Positions 1-8,618 of a DNA stretch of 37,126 nucleotides are shown here, piece after piece. A program made the position numbers and the translations under genes. This stretch comes from Burkholderiales bacterium (GTDB lineage: Bacteria > Pseudomonadota > Gammaproteobacteria > Burkholderiales > JAEUOS01): the NCBI GenBank assembly GCA_031362905.1, contig JANLTL010000348.1, forward strand, positions 1-37,126, read 5' to 3'. Below the pieces are notes generated by a model, which saw only the letters and a program-made list of their open reading frames with translations, ran no database searches and was not told where the DNA came from. The stretch's first letter is position 1. The number at the start of each line of letters is the position of its first letter.

Positions 1-101
1 ACAACGCATGTTGCGGAACTTCAGCCTAAAGAATCCCGGCGTTCCCTGCGGCGCTCGAACTGACTTTCGATAGCTGTGGGCCAGTTAAGCAGCCAGACAC
101 C

Positions 102-1577
102 CTAAAGGCGTTGGAGCGTAGCGCGCGCGCTTGTGGCGACGAGGGATTCGAGTTGGCGCTTTACCGCAGTGATGAAGCGAGCGGATTGGGGCAGGTCGTC
201 TCCGAAAATGGGTTGCAGGCCGAGGAGACGTTCACACAGCGCAGCAGGCGCCCACCGCGTCTCGGTGGCGATGGCTGCGAATTGGGCGCTGAGGGGATCG
301 CGCACGTCGATCACCTTGCCGTGTTCGTCCAGGCCGCTCACGTAGCGCATCCAGCCGGCCACGACGAGGGCGAGCGTGTCAATTGGTGCGCCAGCCGCGA
401 GACACTCGCGCACGGTGTTGAGGATGCGCTGCGGCAACTTCTGCGAGCCGTCCATCGCGATCTGCCAGGTACGGTGCGGCAGCGCCGTGTTGCGAAAGCG
501 CGCCATCAGGTCGCGCTGATATTGCGCCACGTCGATGCCGAGCGGCGGCAAGGTAATCGCCGCTTCGCTCCAGAGGCGCTCGACCAGGCGTGAGAACAGC
601 GGATCGGCACTGGCCTGGTAGATGAACTCGTGCCCGGCGAGGTAGCCGAGGTAGGCCATCGCCGAATGCGCGGCGTTGAGCAGGCGCAGCTTCATCAGCT
701 CGAACGGCGCCACGTCGTTTACAAGCTGTACGCCGACCGTTTCCCATGCGGGGCGTTCGGCAGCAAAGCGGTTTTCGATCACCCACTGGCAATACGGCTC
801 GGTCATCACCGGTGCGGCGTCGGTGACGCCAATCAGCGCGGCGGTGTCGGCCAGGTCTTGCGACGTCGTCGCCGGCACGATGCGGTCCACCATGGACGAC
901 GGAAAAGCGATGTGGTCGCGCATCCACGCCACCAGCGTCGGATCGACGGCGCCCGCCATCTCTTGCATCAACCCTTCGAGGGTGCGACCGTTGTGCGGCA
1001 GGTTGTCGCAGGACAGGATGGTGAGTTTTGCAGGAGCCTGCGCGTCGGAAACCCTTGGTGCAAGAGCGCGTCTGGCCTGCAATGCCATGAGAATGGCTCC
1101 TGGAGCGCTTCTTGGCGCATTGGCATGTGCCAAATCGTGCGCGATATCGGGGTGGGAAAAGTTGAGTTTGCCGGTCGCCGGGTCGTGGCAATAGCCCTTC
1201 TCGGTGATCGTCAGTGACACGATGCGCGTTGCGGGGGCGGCCATGCGCGCCACCACCTGCGCCATGTCGTCGGCCGCGCACAGCGCCTTGCGCACGCTGC
1301 CGATGATGCGTGCTTGCGGACCCTCCGCCCCTTTGGCGACGACCGTGTAAAGGCCGCCCTGCGCACGCAAGGCATCGACCACGCCGCGCGACCTGAGACT
1401 GACACCGCAAATGCCCCAGCGCGCGTCGTCGGCCAGCACAGCGTCGGTGTACACAGCTTGGTGCGCGCGATGAAAGTTTCCCAACCCGAGATGCACCATG
1501 CCGACCGACACCGCGCCCAGATCGTAGGCCGGGCGCGCGGCCCGCAACGCGCCGAGGGTAGCTGGCGATAGCTTCAA
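102..1577 (-). CDS. mannitol dehydrogenase-family NAD-dependent oxidoreductase (fructuronate/tagaturonate reductase-like, UxuB/UxaB type)
   Basis: 491-aa ORF. The N-terminal GLGNFHRAHQAVY dinucleotide-binding signature and the length are typical of the long-chain mannitol dehydrogenase family. It lies 38 nt downstream of the dehydratase gene on the same strand. The substrate cannot be assigned from sequence alone. Confidence 0.85.
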   Translation of the reverse strand: MKLSPATLGALRAARPAYDLGAVSVGMVHLGLGNFHRAHQAVYTDAVLADDARWGICGVSLRSRGVVDALRAQGGLYTVVAKGAEGPQARIIGSVRKALCAADDMAQVVARMAAPATRIVSLTITEKGYCHDPATGKLNFSHPDIAHDLAHANAPRSAPGAILMALQARRALAPRVSDAQAPAKLTILSCDNLPHNGRTLEGLMQEMAGAVDPTLVAWMRDHIAFPSSMVDRIVPATTSQDLADTAALIGVTDAAPVMTEPYCQWVIENRFAAERPAWETVGVQLVNDVAPFELMKLRLLNAAHSAMAYLGYLAGHEFIYQASADPLFSRLVERLWSEAAITLPPLGIDVAQYQRDLMARFRNTALPHRTWQIAMDGSQKLPQRILNTVRECLAAGAPIDTLALVVAGWMRYVSGLDEHGKVIDVRDPLSAQFAAIATETRWAPAALCERLLGLQPIFGDDLPQSARFITAVKRQLESLVATSARATLQRL

Positions 1578-1615
1578 GCTGAGGTCAGGCCGATATCAGG
1601 TAAGTAGGCGCCAGG

Positions 1616-3163
1616 TCAACCGACGATGCCGATCTGCCAAGGCACGAATTCGTGGTCGCCCAGTCCGAGCAGCTCGCTCTTGGATTTCTCGCCCGATGCA
1701 ATCAGCAGCATCAGTTCGAAAATCTTTTGGCCCATCTGGTTCATGGTCAAGTCACCATCGATCACGCTGCCGCAGTTGATATCCATGTCCTCTTCAAGGC
1801 GCTTGAACATCGGCGTGTTGGTGGCGAGCTTGATCGAGGGCACCGGTTTCGCGCCGAACATCGAGCCGCGCCCGGTGGTGAACATGATCATGTTGGCGCC
1901 GCCGGCAATTTGCCCGGTGGCTGAGACCGGGTCGTATCCGGGTGTGTCCATGAACACCAGGCCCTTTTGGGTCACCGGCTCGGCGTATTTGTAGACTTCC
2001 ATCAGCGGCCCGGTGCCGCCCTTCATCGACGAGCCCAGCGATTTCTCGAAAATGTTGGCGAGGCCACCGGCGTTGTTGCCGGGGCTCACCTTGCCGTTGA
2101 TTTGCACGTCACGCCCGACCGAGTAATTGTCTTTCCACCAGCGGATGCGTTCGATCAGCTTTTCGCCGACTTCTTTGGTGCGTGCACGGCAGGTAAGCGT
2201 GTGTTCGACGCCGTAAATCTCCGGTGTCTCCGACAGGATCGCAGTGCCGCCATGACGTGCGAGCAAATCCATTGCCGCGCCCAGGGCGGGGTTGGCAGTC
2301 AGGCCGGAGAAGCCGTCCGAGCCGCCGCACTGCAGGCCGATCGAGAGATGGCTGGCCGGCACGCGAGTGCGCGTCACCGCGTTGGCCGCAGGGAGCAGCG
2401 CCTTGACCGCATTGACGCCGGCTTCGATGGTCTTGCGCGTGCCGCCCGTGTCCTGCATCACAAACGTTTTCAGGCGCGGCCCGACGGACAAGCCTTCGGC
2501 GTCGAGCAAGCCGGCGATTTGATTGCGCTCGCAGCCCAGGCCAATCACCAACACCGCCGCGAGGTTAGCGTGGCGGATATAGCCCGCCATGGTCCGGCGC
2601 AGCAGGTCCATCGGCTCGCCGGTGGCCTCCATACCGCAGCCGAGCCCGTGCGCGAACGCCGCAACACCGTCAATGTTGGGATACTCGGCCAGGCGCTCAG
2701 GCGTAAACCACTCGGCAATTTTGTGCACCACGGTGGCTGAGCAGTTGACCGTCGTGATGATGCCCACGTAATTGCGCGTGGCAACCTGCCCGTTGTCACG
2801 CACGATGCCCATGAAGGACGCGCGTTCGGCTTCGGGGACCATGACCACTGGCTTGTAGTCACGCGCGTAGGCATAGTCGCGCACGGTTTCGCGAAACTCG
2901 AGGTTGTGCGAATGGATCAGCGTGCCCGGTTCGATGTCGGTGGCGGCGAACCCGATGGTGACGCCGTATTTGCGGATCGCATCGCCCTTGGCAATCCGGG
3001 TGCTGGCGATCTTGTGTCCCGCTCCTACCTGGCTGCGGCTGGTGATGCCCTCTGCCGGCAGGGCGGTGCCGATGCTGACATCAGCACGCGCAATGACGAT
3101 GTTGTCGTTGTCATGCAGGCGTACGGTGGGTCCGGAGTTGTGGCGATCGCGAAGTTCGATCAT
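1616..3163 (-). CDS. GarD/UxaA-family sugar-acid dehydratase (galactarate/altronate dehydratase-like)
   Basis: 515-aa ORF with an ATG at 3163. It has an N-terminal SAF-like segment (VRLHDNDNIVIA...GHKIA). C-terminal motifs LQCGGSDGFSGLTANP, SPGNNAGGLANIFEKSLGS, FTTGRGS and MDINCG are collinear with E. coli GarD/UxaA as I remember them. The GGLAN..EK.LGS and MDIN.G strings look closer to GarD. Confidence 0.85.
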   Translation of the reverse strand: MIELRDRHNSGPTVRLHDNDNIVIARADVSIGTALPAEGITSRSQVGAGHKIASTRIAKGDAIRKYGVTIGFAATDIEPGTLIHSHNLEFRETVRDYAYARDYKPVVMVPEAERASFMGIVRDNGQVATRNYVGIITTVNCSATVVHKIAEWFTPERLAEYPNIDGVAAFAHGLGCGMEATGEPMDLLRRTMAGYIRHANLAAVLVIGLGCERNQIAGLLDAEGLSVGPRLKTFVMQDTGGTRKTIEAGVNAVKALLPAANAVTRTRVPASHLSIGLQCGGSDGFSGLTANPALGAAMDLLARHGGTAILSETPEIYGVEHTLTCRARTKEVGEKLIERIRWWKDNYSVGRDVQINGKVSPGNNAGGLANIFEKSLGSSMKGGTGPLMEVYKYAEPVTQKGLVFMDTPGYDPVSATGQIAGGANMIMFTTGRGSMFGAKPVPSIKLATNTPMFKRLEEDMDINCGSVIDGDLTMNQMGQKIFELMLLIASGEKSKSELLGLGDHEFVPWQIGIVG

Positions 3164-3228
3164 GACGACTTTCGAGGTCGCGCATCTTCCCCGACGGAAG
3201 GACGGGCGACGAGCAGAAAACGGATGGA

Positions 3229-3259
3229 AGAATAAATGGGGTCAGACCCCATTTATTCT
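3229..3259 (-). terminator. perfect 14-bp stem / 3-nt loop hairpin overlapping the dctM stop codon; intercistronic stem-loop or weak terminator
   Basis: AGAATAAATGGGGT-CAG-ACCCCATTTATTCT read directly. On the minus strand it is followed by TCCATCCGTTTTCT, so the U-tract is not immediately adjacent. It sits between dctM and the dehydratase gene. Confidence 0.45.
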
Positions 3260-4538
3260 ACTTGGTCAATCCCGGCAGCCACAGAGAGATAGCCGGTATG
3301 TAGGTCACCAGCAGCAACGCGATGCACATGGCCCCATAGAACGGCCATAGCTCCTTCGAAACTTCTTCCATCGTCACCTTGCCGATGGCACACCCGACAA
3401 ACAGCGTCGGCCCCACCGGCGGCGTGATCAGGCCGATGCCGAGGTTGAGGATCATGATCATGCCGAAGTGCACCGGGTCGATGCCGAGCTTGACGATCAC
3501 CGGCATGAAGATTGGCGTGCAGATCAGCAGCATGGGTGCCAGGTCCATGAAGGTGCCGAGCACCAGCAACAGGATGTTGACCAGCAGCAGGAACACGTAC
3601 TTGTTCTCCGACACCGACAGGAAAAAATAGGTGACCTTGGCCGGGATCTGCATGATCGCCATCATGTAGCCAAACGCCACCGAGAAGCCGATCAGCATCA
3701 TCACCATCGACACGGTCTTGACGACGCGATGGATCATGTGCGGCAAGTCGCGCCACTTGTAGTCGCGGTAGACCAGGAAGGTCACGAGGAACGCATAGAC
3801 GCAAGCCACTGCCGCAGACTCGGTCGGCGTGAATACGCCCGACAAAATGCCACCCATGATGATGACCACCGTGACCAGGCCCCACAGCGCGTCGATCACG
3901 ATTTTCGGTACGTCCTTCAACGCCACTGCCTCGCCTTTGGGGTAGCCGCGCTTGTGCGAGATCCACAGCACCAGGCCGATCAGGCACAGACCGAACAACA
4001 GGCCCGGGAAGATGCCGGCCAGGAACAGGTGCGCCACCGAAATCGTGCCGCCGGCGGCGAGCGAATAAATCACCGCGTTGTGCGAGGGCGGAATCAGCAG
4101 CGCCTGCACCGAACCGCAGATGGTGACGTTGGTCGCAAACACGCGCGGATAGCCGGCCTTGACCATCTGCGGGATCATCACTGAACCGATCGCCGAGGTG
4201 TCAGCGACGGACGAACCCGAGATACAACCGAACAGCGACGACGCCAGGATGTTCACCAACCCCAAGCCACCACGGATGAAGCCGACAAAAATGCGCGCCA
4301 GGTTGATCAGGCGCGCGGCCATGCCGCCTTCGGCCATGATGGCGCCCGCCAGCACAAAGAACGGGATCGCCAACAGCGCGAAATCGTCGGTGCCATCCGA
4401 AATCTTGAGCATGATGGCTTCGAGCGGAATGTCAACCCACAATGCCGCGCAGATGGCGGCCAGCCCCAACGCATAGGCGACCGGCAGGCCGAGGGCGCTC
4501 AGCAGCGCGAAAGAGCCGAGCAGGATCAGGATGTCCAT
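3258..4538 (-). CDS. dctM: TRAP transporter large permease subunit (DctM family)
   Basis: 426-aa very hydrophobic multi-TM ORF. It starts 3 nt after the small-subunit stop, giving the canonical P-Q-M gene order. Confidence 0.9.
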   Translation of the reverse strand: MDILILLGSFALLSALGLPVAYALGLAAICAALWVDIPLEAIMLKISDGTDDFALLAIPFFVLAGAIMAEGGMAARLINLARIFVGFIRGGLGLVNILASSLFGCISGSSVADTSAIGSVMIPQMVKAGYPRVFATNVTICGSVQALLIPPSHNAVIYSLAAGGTISVAHLFLAGIFPGLLFGLCLIGLVLWISHKRGYPKGEAVALKDVPKIVIDALWGLVTVVIIMGGILSGVFTPTESAAVACVYAFLVTFLVYRDYKWRDLPHMIHRVVKTVSMVMMLIGFSVAFGYMMAIMQIPAKVTYFFLSVSENKYVFLLLVNILLLVLGTFMDLAPMLLICTPIFMPVIVKLGIDPVHFGMIMILNLGIGLITPPVGPTLFVGCAIGKVTMEEVSKELWPFYGAMCIALLLVTYIPAISLWLPGLTK

Positions 4539-4541
4539 GAC

Positions 4542-5066
4542 TTACTCCAGTCCGGCCGGTGCGTCGCTGTACATCACCGACGTAGCGGGCGGTTCACCGA
4601 CCCAAAGACGCTCGATCAGGAACAACAGGGTCAGGACGCCGGCGATCGGTATCGGCGAATACACGGCGCCTACCGGCAGGCCGGGGAATTCCGCCATCGA
4701 CTGGTTCCAGGTGACCCGGCACAGTTGTACGCCGTAGAAAGCCATGAACAGCGACATGGCGCCCATGCAGGCATCGACGCCCCACAGCATCATGCGCTTC
4801 TGCCCGGGACCGACCGCATTGAGCAACGCCTCGACCGCGACATGCACGTTGGCGCGATAAATCGCCGCGCCGCCGACAAACGAGAACATCACCATCATCA
4901 CCACCGACGCGGGTTCGGGCCAGGACTGCGGGTTGTTCATCACGTAGCGCATGAACACGCCGAACGGGATCATCAGGGTGATCACCACCATGGCCGTGCC
5001 GGCCAGGATGATGCAGGCGAGGTAAAGCCATTCCATCGCCTGTGCATAGCGTTGCTTCGCAGTCAT
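4542..5066 (-). CDS. dctQ: TRAP transporter small permease subunit (DctQ family)
   Basis: 174-aa ORF with about four hydrophobic segments, placed between the TRAP binding-protein and large-permease genes. Confidence 0.85.
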   Translation of the reverse strand: MTAKQRYAQAMEWLYLACIILAGTAMVVITLMIPFGVFMRYVMNNPQSWPEPASVVMMVMFSFVGGAAIYRANVHVAVEALLNAVGPGQKRMMLWGVDACMGAMSLFMAFYGVQLCRVTWNQSMAEFPGLPVGAVYSPIPIAGVLTLLFLIERLWVGEPPATSVMYSDAPAGLE

Positions 5067-5093
5067 GTTGAGCTCGTAGGGAAGGAGGGCGAA

Positions 5094-5136
5094 TAAAAAA
5101 CGCGCACCCTCGCCGCACTATCGGCGAGGGTGCGCG
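5094..5136 (-). terminator. rho-independent terminator/attenuator between dctP and dctQ
   Basis: Perfect 15-bp GC-rich stem CGCGCACCCTCGCCG (5101-5115) pairs with CGGCGAGGGTGCGCG (5122-5136) across a 6-nt loop. On the minus strand it is followed immediately by TTTTTTATT (complement of 5094-5100). It begins 17 nt after the dctP stop. Confidence 0.8.
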
Positions 5137-5152
5137 CGTCCGTAAGCCGGAC

Positions 5153-6145
5153 CTACTTGGTGTCCAGAATCTGCTTGATCAGCGTGGCGTACTTCGCGCC
5201 ATACTTGTCGCGAATCGGCTGGGTCGCCTTGAAGAACGCCGCCTTGTCGGCATTGACAAACTGTACGCCGCCGGCCTTGAGCTTGGTCTCGGCTTCGACG
5301 GTATAGGTATCCCACAACTGGCGCTGCTCCATCTGCGCCTCGCGCGACAGCTTCTTCACCAGTGCCTGGTCTTCCTTGCTCAAGCCTTCCCAGCTGCGCT
5401 TGGAGAACACAAAGATTTCGGGAATGATCAAGTGCCCGGTCAGGCTGTACACCTTGCTGACCGTATAGTGATTTTGCGCGAGCAAGGTCGGCGGGTTGTT
5501 TTCCGCGCCGTCGACCACCCCGGTTTGCAGGGCCGAGAACAGCTCGTTGAAGCCCATCGCCACGCCATTGCCGCCCATCGCGTTCATGGTCTCGACGAAT
5601 AGCGGATTGCCCATCATGCGGATCTTCATGCCCTTCAGGTCCGCCGGCGCAGTGACAGCTTTCTTCGCATACACATTGCGCGTGCCGGCATCCATCCAGC
5701 CCAGCGCCACCAGACGCGAGCCCGGGCCGTTGGTCATGCGTTCGAGCAGATCGTTGCCGATCGGGCCGTCGATGACCTTGCGCATGTGCGCTTCATCCCG
5801 AAATACGAACGGGAGGTTGAACACGTTGACTTCGTCCACTACCGGCCCCATCGCGCCGACCGAGATGCGGGCGATCTGCAAGGCACCGACTTGCGCCTGC
5901 TCGATCATTTCCTTCTCGCCACCGAGTTGCATTGACGGGAACATCTGGATCGAGATACGGCCATTGGTCGCGGTCTCAAGCTTCTTGCCCATGCGCACGA
6001 TGGCCTCCACCGTCGGGTAGCCGAGCGGATGCACATCGGTGGCCTTCCATACGACCTTCGCCTGTGCGAGGGCGTTCACTGGCAAGTTTGCGGCTGCGGC
6101 CAATCCGGCTGCGGCTCCTGCGCGAATCACGTCACGTCTCTTCAT
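5153..6145 (-). CDS. dctP: TRAP transporter substrate-binding protein (DctP family), probable sugar-acid binding subunit
   Basis: The ORF track extends to a TTG at 6217. I prefer ATG 6145, which is preceded by AGGAGA (caacAGGAGAcaaaccATG). This gives MKRRDVIRAGAAAGLAAAANLPVNALAQA, a twin-arginine-like signal peptide, followed by DctP-like sequence. Confidence 0.88.
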   Translation of the reverse strand: MKRRDVIRAGAAAGLAAAANLPVNALAQAKVVWKATDVHPLGYPTVEAIVRMGKKLETATNGRISIQMFPSMQLGGEKEMIEQAQVGALQIARISVGAMGPVVDEVNVFNLPFVFRDEAHMRKVIDGPIGNDLLERMTNGPGSRLVALGWMDAGTRNVYAKKAVTAPADLKGMKIRMMGNPLFVETMNAMGGNGVAMGFNELFSALQTGVVDGAENNPPTLLAQNHYTVSKVYSLTGHLIIPEIFVFSKRSWEGLSKEDQALVKKLSREAQMEQRQLWDTYTVEAETKLKAGGVQFVNADKAAFFKATQPIRDKYGAKYATLIKQILDTK

Positions 6146-6274
6146 GGTTTGTCTCCTGTTGGTGATGATCGATTGTTGAGCGGTAAAGCGCCGCTCGCGC
6201 ATGATAAAAAACAGCAATGTCGGAAGATCGGTAATGCGACCAACCTGTCAACCTATCCATGGTGGCAGAAAGAG

Positions 6275-7036
6275 TCATACGGCGATGGCCCCGCCATCCA
6301 CCGTGAGCATGGATCCAGTGGCGAACGAGGACTCATCGCAAGCCAGATACAGAATGGCATAGGCGATCTCGCCCGGCTTGCCGGTACGCCCCATCGGCTG
6401 GCGACCGTCCAGCACGTCTTGAAACGCTACCGGGTCTGGCACTTCCCTGAGCATCTTGTCGAAGTAGGCGGTCATGGTGACGCCAGGGGCAACACAATTG
6501 ACGCGAATATTGTCGGCCACATGATCAAGAGCCATCGAACGCGTCAGCGCTGCGACGGCGCCCTTGGATGCGACGTAGGCGGCGCGATCCTTGAGGCCGA
6601 CGCTGGCGACATTCGATGCCGTGTTGACGATCACACCGCCACCGTGCTTGATCATCAGGGGCACGGCGTACTTCGAGCACATGAACACGCCCTTGACGTT
6701 GACCGCGAGAATCTTGTCGAGTACCGCTTCGTCAGTGGTCACCACCGAGCCGAGCGCGCCGAGGCCGGCGTTGTTGATCAATATGTCGAGCTTGCCGAAA
6801 TGCTTCTCGGCCGCCCCCATCAAGGCTTTGCACTGTGCTGACACTGCGACGTCACAGGCGACCGCATGTGCAGAGTTGCCGAGTTGGGCGCAAACGGCAC
6901 GCGCGGCGTCGAGGTTGACATCCGCAATGATCACACGCGCGCCTTCGGTGACAAACAATTCTGCCGTGGCGCGGCCGATACCGGATGCACCGCCGGTGAT
7001 GACGGCAGTTTTTCCGGCAAGTCTTGGTTGGCTCAT
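6275..7036 (-). CDS. short-chain dehydrogenase/reductase (SDR) family oxidoreductase
   Basis: 253-aa ORF with the TGGASGIGRATA cofactor motif, NNAG, and a Y-x3-K catalytic pair (YVASK). Confidence 0.9.
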   Translation of the reverse strand: MSQPRLAGKTAVITGGASGIGRATAELFVTEGARVIIADVNLDAARAVCAQLGNSAHAVACDVAVSAQCKALMGAAEKHFGKLDILINNAGLGALGSVVTTDEAVLDKILAVNVKGVFMCSKYAVPLMIKHGGGVIVNTASNVASVGLKDRAAYVASKGAVAALTRSMALDHVADNIRVNCVAPGVTMTAYFDKMLREVPDPVAFQDVLDGRQPMGRTGKPGEIAYAILYLACDESSFATGSMLTVDGGAIAV

Positions 7037-7051
7037 GCGTTTGCCCGGAAT

Positions 7052-7558
7052 CTAGGTCTTGATGACAGTGCGCGCTTCGATCTCGGCGATATCTGCCGGA
7101 CGCGCAAATGGTGTGGGCGTGGCCTCACCCGCTTTGCGCTCCGGCCCAATCGCCGCAAAGAAGGTCTCCAGTCCGCCCGGCATGAAAAACCATAGCCACT
7201 GCAAGTCCACCGCGCCGTCATTCAAAAACGTGTGGTCCCGCTTGTGACCGAGATAAAGCGTTGTACCGGGCAGCATGGGATGCGTCTTGCCTTCAATCTC
7301 TGCCGTGCCGCTGCCCGAGAGCACATAGATGACTTCTTCAGCCTCCTCGTGCGAATGCAGGCGGACGCGGCCGCCGGGCGGCAGCAACTGACGGCCCATC
7401 GAGAAGCGGTGCACGGAGTTGATGTTGCCCGGGCACAGAATGGTCTCGGCGTAGCCGTTGGCTGGTTGGGGCTGCCAGTGGCTCACGCAATCGTCGTGCG
7501 CAGCGACGCGCAGATCGCCCTGTGGCGCCGAGAAGTTCAATGAGGTTGGATTTTGCAT
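7052..7558 (-). CDS. cupin domain protein
   Basis: 168-aa ORF with a two-motif cupin signature (GGRVRLHSHEEAEEVIYVLSGSG ... PGTTLYLGHKRDHTFLN). It lies 15 nt upstream of the SDR gene. Function unknown. Confidence 0.75.
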   Translation of the reverse strand: MQNPTSLNFSAPQGDLRVAAHDDCVSHWQPQPANGYAETILCPGNINSVHRFSMGRQLLPPGGRVRLHSHEEAEEVIYVLSGSGTAEIEGKTHPMLPGTTLYLGHKRDHTFLNDGAVDLQWLWFFMPGGLETFFAAIGPERKAGEATPTPFARPADIAEIEARTVIKT

Positions 7559-7646
7559 GCCAGTACTCCCCCCGGACGCAAGGACGCGGAATCGGGGAAC
7601 GGTCGAGGATGGTCCAATGTCGGCTTACGCAAGGTTCATGGCAGAC

Positions 7647-8453
7647 TCAAGGGGTATACGGCCCCATCTTGACATAGCCGCCACCCTGAAAAATCTCCGC
7701 CGGATCATTGGGGTCAACCGGCGGTAGCGCTTCCATGCGCGCGCGAAACGGCTCGGCGCTGTCTTTGGGCACAAAGCCGAGATGGGCAGCATGTTTGTTG
7801 TCCCACCAGCTATCGCGGTTGCTGGAGGCCCCGAACACGATGGTGTGCTCAACCTTGGGAGCGGTAAGTGCGCACCGCACCAACTCCGACATGTCGGCGT
7901 AGGACAGCCAGGTGATCAGCATGCGGCGGTCTTTGGGCTCAGGGAAGGAGGAACCGATGCGCAGGCACACGGTTTCGAGCCCGTAACGGTCCCAATAAAA
8001 ACGTGACAGGGACTCGCCGAATGCCTTCGATACGCCATAGTTGCCGTCCGGACGCATCGGATCAGTCGCATCAATGCGGCGCGAGCGCGGATTGAAGCCG
8101 ATGGCGTGGTTGGAACTGGCGAAGATGATACGTTTGACGCCGTGGATGCGTGCACCCTCATAGAGATTGTGCAGACCGATAATGTTGGCGGCGAGGATCG
8201 GCTTCCACGGCCCTTCCACGGAGACGCCGCCCATGTGCACGACGGCATCGACGCCGGCCATCAGCGCATGCACACCGGCCTCGTTGGCCAGGTCGCACGG
8301 GATCACTTCTTCGTTCGGACCTGCCGCATCCATCGCCGCAATATCGGAGAGCCGCAGGCTGGCCGTGAGGGGTTTGAGGCTGGTGCGCAGCACGCGACCG
8401 AGGGCGCCGGCGGCGCCGGTGAGGAGCAGGCGTTGGAATGGTGGGGCGCTCAT
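7647..8453 (-). CDS. udh: uronate dehydrogenase (NAD-dependent epimerase/dehydratase fold)
   Basis: The track ORF extends to a TTG at 8546. I prefer ATG 8453, giving MSAPPFQRLLLTGAAGALG. The strings LRLSDI, CDLA, HMGGVSVE, IIGLHNLYEGAR, RIIFASSNH.IG, RPDGNYGVSK, CLRIGS, WWDN and DPNDP..FQGG are collinear with Agrobacterium/Pseudomonas Udh as I remember it. The product is 268 aa. Confidence 0.85.
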   Translation of the reverse strand: MSAPPFQRLLLTGAAGALGRVLRTSLKPLTASLRLSDIAAMDAAGPNEEVIPCDLANEAGVHALMAGVDAVVHMGGVSVEGPWKPILAANIIGLHNLYEGARIHGVKRIIFASSNHAIGFNPRSRRIDATDPMRPDGNYGVSKAFGESLSRFYWDRYGLETVCLRIGSSFPEPKDRRMLITWLSYADMSELVRCALTAPKVEHTIVFGASSNRDSWWDNKHAAHLGFVPKDSAEPFRARMEALPPVDPNDPAEIFQGGGYVKMGPYTP

Positions 8454-8488
8454 GTCGGTTACCGGGGGGGCTGGCGGAAATGGGTAAG

Positions 8489-8517
8489 TCAAAGGGTCAA
8501 AAGGATAAATCAAAGGG
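8489..8517. promoter_or_regulatory. three direct copies of TCAAAGGG-like octamer in the udh/gntR divergent control region
   Basis: TCAAAGGG at 8489-8496, TCAAAAGG at 8497-8504 and TCAAAGGG at 8510-8517, read directly. A regulatory role is only inferred from position. Confidence 0.3.
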
Positions 8518-8618
8518 CCAAGACACGGGACGAAGCTGATCGGCAAAAGTGCTTGCCGCTGCTTAAGTCATATGTCATCATACAACCGTCTCGTCATTAT
8601 CCAATCGGATCAACCGCC

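Noticed and set aside
379-1410. 343-aa same-strand alternative-frame ORF inside the mannitol-dehydrogenase-family gene.
   Set aside because: The translation is Arg-rich nonsense (RRGR, RRRR runs). The overlapping frame has clear family motifs.
6146-6274. TTGACA hexamer on the minus strand (complement of about 6248-6253) considered as the dctP -35 element.
   Set aside because: I could find no acceptable -10 hexamer at 16-18 nt spacing, so I do not call a promoter.
8106-8618. 5' extension of the GntR ORF (471 aa in the track) running antisense through udh.
   Set aside because: The extension has no ATG-plus-RBS support and overlaps the udh coding region. The regulator domains begin well downstream of ATG 8619.
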